A DNA stretch of 64,000 bases from Dehalococcoidia bacterium (lineage in GTDB: Bacteria; Chloroflexota; Dehalococcoidia; Lucifugimonadales; UBA3495), in contig OZ250155.1 of the NCBI GenBank assembly GCA_965237775.1, positions 4,831,814 through 4,895,813 on the forward strand, in the 5' to 3' direction. Positions 27,063 to 37,491 of this stretch are shown one piece after another (position 1 is the first letter of the stretch; every line of letters begins with the position of its first letter). The notes under the pieces were generated by a model. The model had not been told where the DNA came from, made no database searches, and worked only from the letters and a program-made list of their open reading frames with translations. Both the position numbers and the translations under genes were made by a program.

Positions 27063-28079
27063 ATGACCCAAGCTTCTCAGGCAAGGGTCGCGGTCATCGG
27101 CGCAACCACCTGGGGCACCGCCCTTGGCATTATCCTGGCGCGAAACGACATTCCCGTCGACCTGGTGGTCCGCAACGAGCAAGAGTCTGACTTGCTCGGT
27201 TCGCAGCGCGAGAACGCGCGTTTCCTCCCCGGCGTGTCCTTCCCGGACGCTATGAGCGTGACCGCTTCCATATCCGACTCGGTGCCCCCTGCTCAAATGC
27301 TGGTCCTCGCCGTGCCGTCCCCCACTTTGCGGCAAAACCTGGAAGCTGTGCGGGACAGCATCACGCCCGGCGCCGTCCTCCTCAACGCCGCAAAAGGGCT
27401 GGAATGGCCCGATGGGAAGCGCATGAGCCAGGTCATGGAAGAATCCCTGCCCCCACACCTTCACGACGGGATATGCACCCTCTCAGGCCCGAACTTCGCC
27501 AGAGAGATCGTGGACGGCAAGATCGCTTCGACGGTGGTGGCGGGCCGGGACGCGGCCATGACCAAACATGCCCAGGCGGTATTGATGTCGCCGTCATTTC
27601 GCGTCTACACCAGCGATGACGTTACCGGCGTGGAGTTGGGTGGCGCGTTGAAGAACATAATTGCCCTGGGGGCGGGAATCGCCGATGGCTTGAACATCGG
27701 TGACAACGGAAAGGCCGCGTTCATCACGCGGGGCCTTGCCGAGATTACCCGCCTCGGCATAGCCGCCGGAGCCCACCCCCTGACCTTCGCCGGACTGGCC
27801 GGCCTGGGAGACCTGATCGCAACTTGCGCCAGCCGGTTGAGCCGCAACCGCTACGTGGGAGAGCAGTTGGCGCAGGGCCGCTCATGGCCGGAAATCAGGG
27901 ACTCAATGAACAACGTGGCCGAAGGTGTGAACACCACCAGGTCCGCGCTGGCGATGGCCGCGGAGTTGAACGTGGAACTGCCCATAACCCAGGCCACCCA
28001 CCGGGTGCTGTTCGAAGGGCTCTCGCCCCGCGACGCAATCGTAGAGTTGATGGAGCGGCCTCCCCGCTCCGAATGGTAG
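27063..28079 (+). CDS. gpsA: NAD(P)H-dependent glycerol-3-phosphate dehydrogenase
   Basis: VAVIGATTWGTALG Rossmann N-terminus, GALKNIIALGAGI, and the conserved der-plsY-gpsA order. Confidence 0.85.
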   Translation: MTQASQARVAVIGATTWGTALGIILARNDIPVDLVVRNEQESDLLGSQRENARFLPGVSFPDAMSVTASISDSVPPAQMLVLAVPSPTLRQNLEAVRDSITPGAVLLNAAKGLEWPDGKRMSQVMEESLPPHLHDGICTLSGPNFAREIVDGKIASTVVAGRDAAMTKHAQAVLMSPSFRVYTSDDVTGVELGGALKNIIALGAGIADGLNIGDNGKAAFITRGLAEITRLGIAAGAHPLTFAGLAGLGDLIATCASRLSRNRYVGEQLAQGRSWPEIRDSMNNVAEGVNTTRSALAMAAELNVELPITQATHRVLFEGLSPRDAIVELMERPPRSEW

Positions 28080-28131
28080 ACCAATGCGCCTCCCCACTCC
28101 TGCCTCAACGGAGTTGATAAGGCGTGGCGCA

Positions 28132-28524
28132 TCATCGCATGTGCCCGACTTCCAGTCCCGTCACATTTGCCAGAAGCCACTCGGCCAAGACCCGCCGGTG
28201 GCAATTCTCCCCGGCCTTTTCAAAACAGAGCAGGGTAAACTCCCCCAGCGATGGGACCGTTTCAAGCCATTGCCGGAACTGCTTGGCCCCCCTGTTCTGC
28301 TCCTCCAGGCCCGCCAAATACTCCTGGGATAGCCCTTCGAAGTCTAGAATCCCCGCCCGGTACGCCACCAGGAGTTCCCGCGCCGGGTACAAAAAGGGCA
28401 GGGTCTCCCAATCGGTCTTACGTCCGCGAGGGTGGCTCCGGGATACCCGGTAACGGACCCCGCGCCAATCGTCGGCAGCGTAGAAGCTCGCCGTGTGGAG
28501 AATTACCCGTCCCTCGGCGGTCAT
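28132..28524 (-). CDS. DUF488 family protein
   Basis: LLCFEKAGENCHRRVLAEWL (CHR motif), size about 130 aa. Confidence 0.65.
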   Translation of the reverse strand: MTAEGRVILHTASFYAADDWRGVRYRVSRSHPRGRKTDWETLPFLYPARELLVAYRAGILDFEGLSQEYLAGLEEQNRGAKQFRQWLETVPSLGEFTLLCFEKAGENCHRRVLAEWLLANVTGLEVGHMR

Positions 28525-29564
28525 ACTTTCTCCACCTTACCGGACCGGATCTCCCGGCCTTGCCCTCGGAGGCTCCGTCCGAAAATGTGCCGCATCAAAA
28601 GCAGCGCCCCGCCAAGGACCACGACGCTTACGTATGATATTGTCCGGTCCACCAGAACAAGGGCGGCGGCGCTGCTAACCGGTATGCTGGATAGTTGCAC
28701 CAGAAGCGCGGGCACTCCCGACTCCACCGCGCCAACGCCTCCCGGGGTAGGCGCCAACGTGAGCAAGGAGTTGGCTAGGGCAATGAAGACCACCAGGGGT
28801 ACACTTGCGTCCAGTCCCAGGGCTTGGGACACCAGGTACAATCGCCCTATTTCGGCAAGCCAACCCAGCAGGCCCCAGACCGACACCGGAAGGACATCAC
28901 TCGACACGCCGCGGGTCCCTTCCCGAAGCCTCTCGTACCGTTCCGCCAACCAACCGGGCATGATTCTAGCCGCCACTCCGCCCGCCAGGCCAATTCCGGC
29001 GATAACCAGCAATAACACACAGGCGAGTGCAACCGACACTGCCAGCACCGGCCACGCCGCGCTGTCGCTGCCCTGAATCAGGAATGGGACCGCCGCCAGG
29101 AGCAATAACGTGACGAGTATTGTATCCAGCACCCGCTCGGCGAGAATCGTTCCTATGGTCCGGGAGAAGGAAGCGAACTGCTCATCGCGGTAGAGATAGG
29201 CGCGGTAGGCGTCGCCCAGGCGGAGCCAGGCCACCGAGTTCGCAAACCAGCCCAGAAACACCAACTGCGCGCAGTACAGCGCTCCCGGCGCCGGCTGGCC
29301 GTCACCTTGGACGTTTCGCAGCAGCAATCGCCACCTGGCGCCGCGAAAGAGGAAAGTCGTGTAGTGCAGGGGGAAGGCTAACGCCAGGTACCACCAGTGG
29401 CTGGAACTCACTTCAACCCAAATGACTTCCGGGTCGATTTCAAACCGGAATACCAGAAAACTCAAGAAGAGCGCCGCCAAGCTGAACGATATCAGCGTCG
29501 GCAAAGAGAGCGCCAGCCGTCTGACTGCCGGCGGGCCGCTGGGATTCTGCGGCGATGGGGACAT
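28521..29564 (-). CDS. Flippase-like / lysylphosphatidylglycerol-synthase TM-domain (UPF0104) membrane protein
   Basis: Polytopic membrane protein. RGARWRLLL and LRLGDAYRAYL motifs recalled from this family. Confidence 0.55.
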   Translation of the reverse strand: MSPSPQNPSGPPAVRRLALSLPTLISFSLAALFLSFLVFRFEIDPEVIWVEVSSSHWWYLALAFPLHYTTFLFRGARWRLLLRNVQGDGQPAPGALYCAQLVFLGWFANSVAWLRLGDAYRAYLYRDEQFASFSRTIGTILAERVLDTILVTLLLLAAVPFLIQGSDSAAWPVLAVSVALACVLLLVIAGIGLAGGVAARIMPGWLAERYERLREGTRGVSSDVLPVSVWGLLGWLAEIGRLYLVSQALGLDASVPLVVFIALANSLLTLAPTPGGVGAVESGVPALLVQLSSIPVSSAAALVLVDRTISYVSVVVLGGALLLMRHIFGRSLRGQGREIRSGKVEKV

Positions 29565-29602
29565 GGAAGCGCGGAATTCCAGGTTGACCGGGGACCGGGA
29601 CC

Positions 29603-30502
29603 CTAACGAAGCTCTCGGGGCAGGGTGAAGGTGACGTCCTCTTCCACCCCGGTTAGAACGGTCACTTTCTCAGGGGCCAGATACTCGATCACGCTCTCAA
29701 CCAGCACCTCGGGAGTGGATGCGCCAGATGTAATACCCACTTTCTCCATTCCTTCCAACCAGGCGGGATCGATCTCTTCCGGGCCGTTGATCAGATAGGA
29801 CGGGACTCCCTGGGCTTCCGCGACCTCCCGGAGCCGGTTGCAGTTGGAGCTATTGTCCGCCCCTATAACCAGCACCAGGTCGACCGACTCGGCCATCTCG
29901 GTGACGGCCTCCTGCCGGTTGGTGGTCGCGTAGCAGATGTCGTTACGCACCGTGGCCGAAGGGAACTGGTCCCGGATGGCATCGATGGCATGGGCTGTGT
30001 CCCTTACCGAAAGGGTGGTCTGGGTCAAGACAGCGACTTCAGAGTCACTGTCCCATTCCGGCAACTCCCGGTCGTCACCGTCGTTCACCAGGGTCATCTC
30101 CACCTGGCCCATGGTGCCCCGGACTTCCTGGTGGCCCCGATGGCCGACAAGCAGCACCTTCTTGCCCTCTCCGTGGTACTTCTTTGCCTCATTGTGGACC
30201 CGCGTAACAAGAGGACATACGGCGTCTATCACCTTAAGGTCCCGCTCCTGGGCCTTGCGGAAGTCCTCCGGAGGAGAGCCGTGGGCCGAAAACACCACCA
30301 GAGACCTGGCCGGGATCTCCTCAATAGTCTCCACAGTGATCGCGCCCTTCCTTTCCAGGTCGGTTACCACGTGTGGGTTGTGGACTATCTGGTGTTTCAC
30401 GTACACCGGCGCGCCGTACCGCTCCAAGCAAATCTCAACGACCTCGATAGCCCGGACGACACCCGCACAGAAACCCCGGGGCGAACTGAGTGTTACTTCC
30501 AC
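29603..30502 (-). CDS. ispH: 4-hydroxy-3-methylbut-2-enyl diphosphate reductase
   Basis: PRGFCAGVVRAIE, HQIVHN, FSAHG, CPLVTRVH, SSNCNRL. Confidence 0.9.
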   Translation of the reverse strand: MEVTLSSPRGFCAGVVRAIEVVEICLERYGAPVYVKHQIVHNPHVVTDLERKGAITVETIEEIPARSLVVFSAHGSPPEDFRKAQERDLKVIDAVCPLVTRVHNEAKKYHGEGKKVLLVGHRGHQEVRGTMGQVEMTLVNDGDDRELPEWDSDSEVAVLTQTTLSVRDTAHAIDAIRDQFPSATVRNDICYATTNRQEAVTEMAESVDLVLVIGADNSSNCNRLREVAEAQGVPSYLINGPEEIDPAWLEGMEKVGITSGASTPEVLVESVIEYLAPEKVTVLTGVEEDVTFTLPRELR

Positions 30503-30548
30503 CTTGAGCCTCCTGGAAAGGCAGTAATTTAAGCGCTATCCGAGAAGT

Positions 30549-31727
30549 CTAATTTGAACCTTGCAGCAGGTGCATGTATTTGTAACCAGACCCGGTATTA
30601 AGGAGGACAACCGTCTCATCCTTCCGTATTGTGCCGTCGTCGAGAAGCCTCTTCAGACCGCAGAGCGTAGCCGCCCCCTCGGGACAGGCGATGATCCCTT
30701 CGGCGGTGGCCAACTGGTACATGGCGTCGACCATGTCCTTGTCTTCAACCGCCAAAGCCGTGCCGCCGGTCTCCCTCAATATCGACAGGATCATATAATC
30801 GGCGAAAGGCCCCGGAACGCGGAGACCGTCGGCGATTGTCTGCGCGTTGGCCCATGGCTCGGCAGTCTCAGACCCGTTATGAAAAGCCCTGACTATGGGC
30901 TGGCATCCCGCCGCCTGAACTGCGATGAACCGGGGCATCTTGCCTTCCACCCACCCCAACTCTAGCAACTCCTGGAACCCCTTGTGCATTCCGATTATCC
31001 CGGTGCCGCCTCCGGTGGGGTATATGATCGTGTCTGGCAGGCTCCAATTGAACTGCATCGCGATTTCCAACCCCATCGTCTTTTTACCCTCGGCCCGGTA
31101 GGGTTCCTTGAGGGTCGAGAGGTCGAAAAGTCCTTGCTCCTCGGACACCGCCACGGCTTCCCGCCCAGCGTCACCGATGTGACCGTCTACCAGGTTGAGT
31201 TGGGAACCCGTGACTAGGCACTCCTTCTGATTGGCGTCGGGCGCGTCCTGTGGCATGAAAACCCGGATATCCAGCCCCGCTCTGGCGCAGTATGCGGCCG
31301 CGGCCCCGGCTGCATTACCCGCCGAGGGCATGGTGAACCCCGTGGAACCCAACTCCCACGCCCTGGATATGGCGGCGGATATTCCCCTTGCCTTGAAAGT
31401 CCCAGTGGGGTTGAGCCCTTCTTCCTTCACGAACAGGCTCTCAAGTCCAAGGTCATTGGCCAGATTCCGGGCGTTCAGGAGCGGAGTCCCGCCCTCGCCG
31501 AGGGTGATGACGTACTGAGGGTCTTCGACGGGGAGGAATTCCGAGAAACGCCACATGGTGTCGCCGCGTCCCGGCATAGCGTCCCGGTCGACTTCCCGGC
31601 GCATTCGGGCCAGGTCGTATCTCGCCAGCAACACCTTGCCGCAGCAGGCGCTCATCTTGCTGGGCAGATTGTGCGGGTAGGTGGCTCCGCATTGGCTGCA
31701 CTGTAGGTGGTCCAGGTAACTGGTCAT
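30549..31727 (-). CDS. thrC: Threonine synthase
   Basis: N-terminal Cys-rich ribbon LQCSQCG...CCGK. PLP lysine motif NPTGTFKARG. Confidence 0.85.
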   Translation of the reverse strand: MTSYLDHLQCSQCGATYPHNLPSKMSACCGKVLLARYDLARMRREVDRDAMPGRGDTMWRFSEFLPVEDPQYVITLGEGGTPLLNARNLANDLGLESLFVKEEGLNPTGTFKARGISAAISRAWELGSTGFTMPSAGNAAGAAAAYCARAGLDIRVFMPQDAPDANQKECLVTGSQLNLVDGHIGDAGREAVAVSEEQGLFDLSTLKEPYRAEGKKTMGLEIAMQFNWSLPDTIIYPTGGGTGIIGMHKGFQELLELGWVEGKMPRFIAVQAAGCQPIVRAFHNGSETAEPWANAQTIADGLRVPGPFADYMILSILRETGGTALAVEDKDMVDAMYQLATAEGIIACPEGAATLCGLKRLLDDGTIRKDETVVLLNTGSGYKYMHLLQGSN

Positions 31728-32003
31728 ATATACATAGCACCGGAAGGGGAGCGAATGCCCCCGGAAAAGTAGTGGGTATCGTGCTTATGATACTCCAAGC
31801 CCGTCTCAATATGCTATAATTTTGCGCCACGCCCCGCTTGAGGAGACCTGTGGCTGGAGGCCCCCTCAAGGTGGAAACCCCATCATCATCTTCCAACACA
31901 CCAACTATGCGCTTGGGCCGCCGGGTTCTTTCCGGCGATCATCGCGCTTACCCATCGGAACAGGGAAGAGCAGGCCCGGGAATCCGTAACATGAGGGTTG
32001 ATT

Positions 32004-32957
32004 ATGATTCCGGTGATGGACGAGCTCAGGGTATTTACCGGCAATGCGCACCGGCAGCTTGCTGAGGACGTTTGCCATTACTTGAACATCCCGCTGGGCC
32101 AGGCGGAAGTGTTCAAATTCGCCAACGACAACACCTTCGTCCGTATTCTGGAAAACATCCGGCAACGAGATGTCTTCATCGTTCAACCGACATGCGCGCC
32201 GGTGAACGACAACCTGATGGAGCTTCTGATCATGATCGACGCCTGCAAGAGGGCGTCGGCGGGACGAATTACGGCCGTGGTGCCCTACTATGGCTACGGA
32301 CGCACCGACAAGAAAGACCAACCCCGGGTGCCGATTACGGCCCGGCTCGTGGCAGACCTCCTGACCGCCGCCGGGGCCGACCGGCTCCTGACCGTGGACC
32401 TCCACGCCGGCCAGATTCAGGGGTTCTTCAATATCCCGGTAGACGAGCTAACCGCCCTGCCAATCTTGACCGACTATTTCAACAACAAAGAGCTCTCCGA
32501 CCTGGTGGTGGTGGCGGTGGATATCGGCATTAGCAAGAAGGCCAGAGACGTGGCCGAACGCCTGCACGCGCCCCTGGCGATCATCGAGAAGCGCCGCGTC
32601 AGCAACAACGACGCCACCGAGATCATGAACGTTATCGGCGACGTTAAGGGCAAGGTCGCCCTTACCTTCGACGACGAGATCGACACCGGCGGCACAGTCC
32701 TGAACGCTGCCGAAGTCCTGGTGGAACGCGGCGTCAAAGAAGTCTATTGCTGCGTGACACACCCCGTATTATCCCGTGAAGGTCCGGAGCGCATGTCCAA
32801 CAGCCCCTTCAGCGAAGTCGTGGTGGCTGACACCATTCCCATGCCGGAAGAGAAGCGAAACGGCAAGTTTACCGTCCTATCGGTGGCTCCCCTGCTGGGC
32901 GAGGCCATTGCACGGATACATCACGGAAAGTCGATAGGCGAGATGTTCGACAAATAA
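32004..32957 (+). CDS. prs: Ribose-phosphate pyrophosphokinase
   Basis: VFTGNAHRQLAEDV, PYYGYGRTDKK, VDLHAGQIQGFF, DDEIDTGGT. Start set to ATG 32004 after GAGGG. Confidence 0.9.
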   Translation: MIPVMDELRVFTGNAHRQLAEDVCHYLNIPLGQAEVFKFANDNTFVRILENIRQRDVFIVQPTCAPVNDNLMELLIMIDACKRASAGRITAVVPYYGYGRTDKKDQPRVPITARLVADLLTAAGADRLLTVDLHAGQIQGFFNIPVDELTALPILTDYFNNKELSDLVVVAVDIGISKKARDVAERLHAPLAIIEKRRVSNNDATEIMNVIGDVKGKVALTFDDEIDTGGTVLNAAEVLVERGVKEVYCCVTHPVLSREGPERMSNSPFSEVVVADTIPMPEEKRNGKFTVLSVAPLLGEAIARIHHGKSIGEMFDK

Positions 32958-32977
32958 GCCGGGAGGTCCTTACTGAT

Positions 32978-34150
32978 ATGTACGACCTGATTGTCAAAGG
33001 CGGAACGGTGATCGACCCTTCCCAGGGTCTCAACGGCTTGAATGACATAGCCGTGGAAGACGGCAAGATCGCGCTTGTCGCCCCGGATATCTCATCCGAC
33101 GAAGCTGCCCGCGTTCTGGAGGTAAAGGGTAACCTGGTGCTTCCGGGACTTATCGACCTTCACACCCACGTCTACGACGGCGTGAACGGCAACGGCGTGG
33201 AAGCCGACCTCGGCGGTGTTCGGGCAGGGGTGACGACCATGGTGGACGCCGGAAGCTCGGGCTGCGACACCTTTGGCGGTTTCCCCCGCCACATCATCCC
33301 CAACAGCGCCACGGAGATCATCTGCTTCCTGCATATATGCCGGACGGGGCTGGCCACTACTCCTGACATATTCAGCCCAGCCAGCATCGACCTGGACAAG
33401 ACCATCCAGGTCGCTTCCGAAAGCAACGCCATCTCGGGCATCAAGGCACGCATGGTCTCCCCAGCCCTGGAGATCATGGGCATGGAGATGCCCAGGTTGG
33501 CCAAGAGGGCGGCGAGGGAGGCCGGGGTCAAGCTGATGGTCCACATCGGCGACACTGAGAAACGCTATGATCCCAACGTGATACGCGACTTGCTCCCCAT
33601 CATGGAAGAGGGCGACATTGTTACCCACCTATTCACCGCCAACCCCGGCGGCGTGGTGGACGCCAACGGCAACTTGGTCCCCGAGGCCCAGGAAGCGCGG
33701 GACCGCGGGGTCTGGCTGGACACGGCCCATGGACGGGGGAACTTCAGCTTCGACGTGGGCCAACGCATCCTGGACCAGGGGTTGATGCCCCACTGCATCA
33801 GCACCGACCTCACCCTTCCGGGAAGGCAGCGCACGGTCCACAGCATGACCGAGATGATGACCCGGTTCCTGGCCATGGGCTTCACGATGGACCAGGTCGT
33901 CACCATGTCCACACTGAACCCGGCCAAGGCGATTGGGGAGGACGGCCGGCTTGGCAGTCTTCAGGTCGGCAAACAGGCCGACATCTCAGTCATTCGCATC
34001 GAGGAAGGGGACTGGCTGCTCTACGACGTGCTAGGCGACTCACGCCGCCACGACAAGGCGGTGGTCCCCGTCGTCACCGTGAAAAAAGGCGAGGTGTTCG
34101 AAGCCGGGTGGGGCCCCCGCCCCTGGGGCTGGGAACCGGACCAGGGGTAG
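32978..34150 (+). CDS. Amidohydrolase/deacetylase-family metallohydrolase
   Basis: LIVKGGTVIDP...LPGLIDLHTHVY (HxH metal motif), later HIGD and TDL segments. Confidence 0.7.
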   Translation: MYDLIVKGGTVIDPSQGLNGLNDIAVEDGKIALVAPDISSDEAARVLEVKGNLVLPGLIDLHTHVYDGVNGNGVEADLGGVRAGVTTMVDAGSSGCDTFGGFPRHIIPNSATEIICFLHICRTGLATTPDIFSPASIDLDKTIQVASESNAISGIKARMVSPALEIMGMEMPRLAKRAAREAGVKLMVHIGDTEKRYDPNVIRDLLPIMEEGDIVTHLFTANPGGVVDANGNLVPEAQEARDRGVWLDTAHGRGNFSFDVGQRILDQGLMPHCISTDLTLPGRQRTVHSMTEMMTRFLAMGFTMDQVVTMSTLNPAKAIGEDGRLGSLQVGKQADISVIRIEEGDWLLYDVLGDSRRHDKAVVPVVTVKKGEVFEAGWGPRPWGWEPDQG

Positions 34151-34216
34151 GTGGCGGCCATTTCGCCGGACTGTTCGGACTAAACGGTTTTTGGTCTTCT
34201 GCCTAAGACCGGTCCC

Positions 34217-35215
34217 TTAGCCTGGACTCGACGGGTTTTTCCGCGCCCAGCGGGACTTGACCCGACGGTAATTCCGGCGGAGGCTCACCAGGGGCCGGAA
34301 GCGGGATTTCAGGTTATTAGCGACCAGAGGGGCCACATGTTGGTTTCCCGCGACCAGGGGAGCGACCCATTGGCGAAGCTCCTTTAGAGTGGGGGGCTTA
34401 TCGTTCCAGGACGGCACCAGCGAGTCCATTTGACCCCATTTTTTCTGTCCGCGCAGGCGCGTCATCACTGCGCCGCCCGCCTCTGAGACCGCTAGCGCCC
34501 CAGCGGCCATGTCCCACATCCTGGGTCCGCCTATGACCGCATATTGCAGCACTCCACAGGCGGTCATGGCCAGCTCGTAGGCGATGCTGCCGGTGGTGCG
34601 GACCTCTCCAGTCCTGCCTTTCATCCCAGGCCCAAACCGGGCGCCCATGCCGAAGAATCCCGGTAGCCCCACGAGCCGGTTGTTGACGATCTCTTCGGCA
34701 TCGTGGACCGCGACACGGTCCTCTCCGGCGAAACATCCACCGCCGAGCCTGCAATGGAGCACGAATCCGCCTCCGGCGGTCGGCCAGGGTATGAACAGCG
34801 CCCCCGCTACGGGCCGGCCGCGGTATAGCACTCCGATGGAAGAGGCGAAGACGGGCAACCCGTTGAGATAGTTGGTGGTCCCATCCAATGGGTCCAGCAC
34901 CCAGAGAAAGTCATTACAGGGTGTCTCCGCCTCCTGGGACTTTTCGGACTCTTCCCCGGAACTTTCCTCACCCAGAATGCTATGGTCCGGGTACATCCTC
35001 GTGATTTCCCGGACCAGGTATTCCTGGCAGGCCTTGTCTACTTCCGTTACCGGGTCGCGCTTTTCTTTGTCCTTGTACTCGATGGAGATCTGACGACCGA
35101 AATGGCCAGACAATATCTCTCCGGCCCCGTTGGCTATCTGCACAGCGGATTCCTCTATCCCACGGAGAACACCATCGATTGGAAGCATGGACTGAACGGG
35201 CGTCAACTCGATCAT
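34217..35215 (-). CDS. Inositol monophosphatase family protein
   Basis: DPVTEVDKACQE, ILGEE, WVLDPLDGTTNY. Has a C-terminal extension. Confidence 0.8.
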   Translation of the reverse strand: MIELTPVQSMLPIDGVLRGIEESAVQIANGAGEILSGHFGRQISIEYKDKEKRDPVTEVDKACQEYLVREITRMYPDHSILGEESSGEESEKSQEAETPCNDFLWVLDPLDGTTNYLNGLPVFASSIGVLYRGRPVAGALFIPWPTAGGGFVLHCRLGGGCFAGEDRVAVHDAEEIVNNRLVGLPGFFGMGARFGPGMKGRTGEVRTTGSIAYELAMTACGVLQYAVIGGPRMWDMAAGALAVSEAGGAVMTRLRGQKKWGQMDSLVPSWNDKPPTLKELRQWVAPLVAGNQHVAPLVANNLKSRFRPLVSLRRNYRRVKSRWARKNPSSPG

Positions 35216-35306
35216 CGGTAGGCTCCTCGTATCCGGTGGTCAAGTATACCATCCGGCGTATTTCCATCCGCGCTGCGGACTGGTCCCCGAACCCAGGGGA
35301 GAATAT

Positions 35307-35335
35307 TTGGCCATAGATAACCCCCCTGATATAAT
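35307..35335 (+). promoter_or_regulatory. Sigma-70 promoter candidate
   Basis: TTGGCC (35307-35312), 17 nt, TATAAT (35330-35335). Confidence 0.45.
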
Positions 35336-35418
35336 CGGTTCCCGTATCAAGACTGAGATTATAAGCAGAGGTCCGGGCTTCAACCCGGCCTGCGAATCCG
35401 AAGAGGGGGACAACGGTA

Positions 35419-36210
35419 ATGGACCTGGAAATAGGGGGCAAAGTCGCCATCATCGGCGGAGCCAGCAAGGGTCTGGGCCGGGCCTGCGCCCAAGTCCTGG
35501 CGGAGGAAGGCGCCAAGGTAGTGATCTGCAGCCGCACCAAGGCGGACCTGGACGCCGCCGCTGACGAGATCCGAGGCTCTACCGGCGCAGAGGTCCTGTC
35601 CTATCCGGGTGATCTGGACAGCCACGAAACCATCATTAACCTCGTAGCCGCTACGGTGGAACGCTTCGGTCAATTGGACATCATGATCAACAACTCCGGC
35701 GGGCCTCCCCTGGCCAGGGCCGCCACCGCCGACGAAAATCAGTGGGCCGTAGCGGTGCAGCGGTCGCTACTGTTCTTCGCCCGGATGTCCCGCGAGGCCC
35801 TGCCTCACCTGCGCAACCAGGGTGGAGGGCGCATCATCAACATCCTGGCCAGCACCGTCTATCAACCGATAGACAATCTGGCCCTGTCCGGCGCGACGCG
35901 CATGGGTGTTGTCGCCTGGGCCAAGAGCTTGGCGGACGAGGTGGGACGGGACAACATCCTGGTCAACAACGTCTGCCCCGGCTCAATACTCAGCGACCGG
36001 ATGCTCTCCAACGTCACGTCACGCGCCAACGAACTGGGGATACCCGTGGAGGAGGCCCTAGCGCAGCGAGCCGCCGAGACCGCCGTGGGCCGTGTGGGAG
36101 AACCGTTGGAGTTCGCCTACCTGGTCGCCTTCCTGGCCTCGTCCCGCTCCAGCTACATCACCGGCACTACGATGTTGGTGGACGGCGGCCTGGTCCGCTC
36201 GGTCCTGTAG
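35419..36210 (+). CDS. SDR family oxidoreductase
   Basis: KVAIIGGASKGLGRA Rossmann motif, NNSGG, and an SDR-length fold. Confidence 0.8.
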   Translation: MDLEIGGKVAIIGGASKGLGRACAQVLAEEGAKVVICSRTKADLDAAADEIRGSTGAEVLSYPGDLDSHETIINLVAATVERFGQLDIMINNSGGPPLARAATADENQWAVAVQRSLLFFARMSREALPHLRNQGGGRIINILASTVYQPIDNLALSGATRMGVVAWAKSLADEVGRDNILVNNVCPGSILSDRMLSNVTSRANELGIPVEEALAQRAAETAVGRVGEPLEFAYLVAFLASSRSSYITGTTMLVDGGLVRSVL

Positions 36211-36375
36211 GCAGTGACTGGGGAATGCTCAACGGGAACGGCTTCTTCATCAATGACCGTAGGGAAATGACAGAAGCGTTTCTGGGCGTGTTCGAATAGC
36301 TACCCTGCCATCTCGAAGAGAATTGCCTGATTCTTGGGGCGTGGTGAGCCTGCCGCGAGCATAACGGGTTTGAGT

Positions 36376-36744
36376 ATGGTTGATTTGATTCGTAATTCAA
36401 ATGCGAGTGTTTTCTCACCATTGCGCGCCGAAATATATGTCCTGTGGGGTATCTCGGTCCTGGTGAGCCTGATCGTTCTGGGCGCGTCTTTCTACTTAAC
36501 CCCTGAAGCCGTGGATGGTGGCGTCCTTTCTTTCCTCTCAGTACCGCATGAGCATTGTCCACTTTGCGGTATGTCCCATAGCCTTGTATTGATCTCCCGG
36601 GGAAGTTTGACCGAAGCGGCGGCACGGAATTCAGGAGGTCTAGCGCTTTACTTCATCATGGTAACCAATATCGCGCTATCCCTTCTCTGGGTTATCCGAA
36701 GGTCTATCAGGCGGGTCCATGAAGGAGGAATCTCTTGGGTGTAG
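36376..36744 (+). CDS. DUF2752-like membrane protein
   Basis: HEHCPLCGMSHS resembles the CPxCGxTR motif, flanked by TM segments. Start uncertain (36334 or 36376). Confidence 0.45.
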   Translation: MVDLIRNSNASVFSPLRAEIYVLWGISVLVSLIVLGASFYLTPEAVDGGVLSFLSVPHEHCPLCGMSHSLVLISRGSLTEAAARNSGGLALYFIMVTNIALSLLWVIRRSIRRVHEGGISWV

Positions 36745-36971
36745 CAGCTTTAGTACTTGGCATACTCAGTATCGTAGGGATGGTCATCGGATTCATTCCC
36801 TGCCTCGGTGCACTGAACTGGATAAACATCCCGTTCGCGATCGTCGGGCTCGTCATAGGCATAGTTGCCGCTGTACAGGGTGATACGAAGGGGATTGCGG
36901 GGATCGTGCTTTGTGCTATCGCAATAGTGTTCGGGGGGATACGCTTGATTCTAGGTGGGGGGATATTTTAG
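36735..36971 (+). CDS. Small integral membrane protein
   Basis: 78 aa, two or three hydrophobic helices. Overlaps the upstream gene by 10 nt. TTG start. Confidence 0.5.
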   Translation: MGVAALVLGILSIVGMVIGFIPCLGALNWINIPFAIVGLVIGIVAAVQGDTKGIAGIVLCAIAIVFGGIRLILGGGIF

Positions 36972-37077
36972 TCCATTCTTCCGTATCCAACGGCCCAGTC
37001 CTCCAGTCCATATTTCGACGGGCTTACGATGAACCGGGGGATGCCTTCCGCCACCAGGGTGACTTGGCCGGAAAAGT

Positions 37078-37488
37078 CTAGCCCGCCGGTTTGAAGTAAG
37101 GGACCGAAATCTGGTTGGTGGCCTGCCTGAAAGTTACCTCCACCGGCATCCCGATGGTCACTTCCCTGGGCGGACACTCGATGATGTTGGTGAACATCTT
37201 CACTCCCTCCTCCAGCTCCACCAGGGCCAACACATATGGCACGTCTTCAGCGAATCCTGGGGTGCGGTTCTGGTAGGTGACAGTGTAGGTCCAGACCGTG
37301 CCCTTGCCGCTGGCGGTGACCCACTTAATGTCTTCCGACCAACAGTTGGCGCAAATGCCCCGGGGATAGAACTGGTACTCGTCGCAGCGGTCGCACTTCT
37401 GAATCAATAGCTGCCCGCGGCGGCAGGCGTCCCAGAATGGCTTGGTCTCCCCTGAAACCGTCGGCAGGGGCTTGTTCCAGTCCGGCAT
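37078..37488 (-). CDS. Zn-ribbon/OB-fold protein (DUF35 family)
   Basis: FWDACRRGQLLIQKCDRCDEYQFYPRGICANCWS (four-Cys ribbon) followed by an OB-fold segment. Immediately downstream of the thiolase-like gene. Confidence 0.8.
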   Translation of the reverse strand: MPDWNKPLPTVSGETKPFWDACRRGQLLIQKCDRCDEYQFYPRGICANCWSEDIKWVTASGKGTVWTYTVTYQNRTPGFAEDVPYVLALVELEEGVKMFTNIIECPPREVTIGMPVEVTFRQATNQISVPYFKPAG

Positions 37489-37491
37489 GGT

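Noticed and set aside
31812-32003. Leader of about 180 nt between an extended -10-like TGCTATAAT (31812-31820) and prs. It has stems such as CTTGAGG...CCTCAAG, so it was considered as a riboswitch candidate.
   Set aside because: I recognise no known riboswitch consensus in it and no terminator or anti-terminator pair. A covariance-model scan would be needed.
36972-37077. The frame downstream of the DUF35 gene reads ...GQVTLVAEGIPRFIVSPSKYGLEDWAVGYGRMD*. This looks protein-like (part of track ORF 36968-37177) and could be a gene remnant.
   Set aside because: There is no plausible start outside the DUF35 coding region, no RBS, and no family recognised. It is too short to support.
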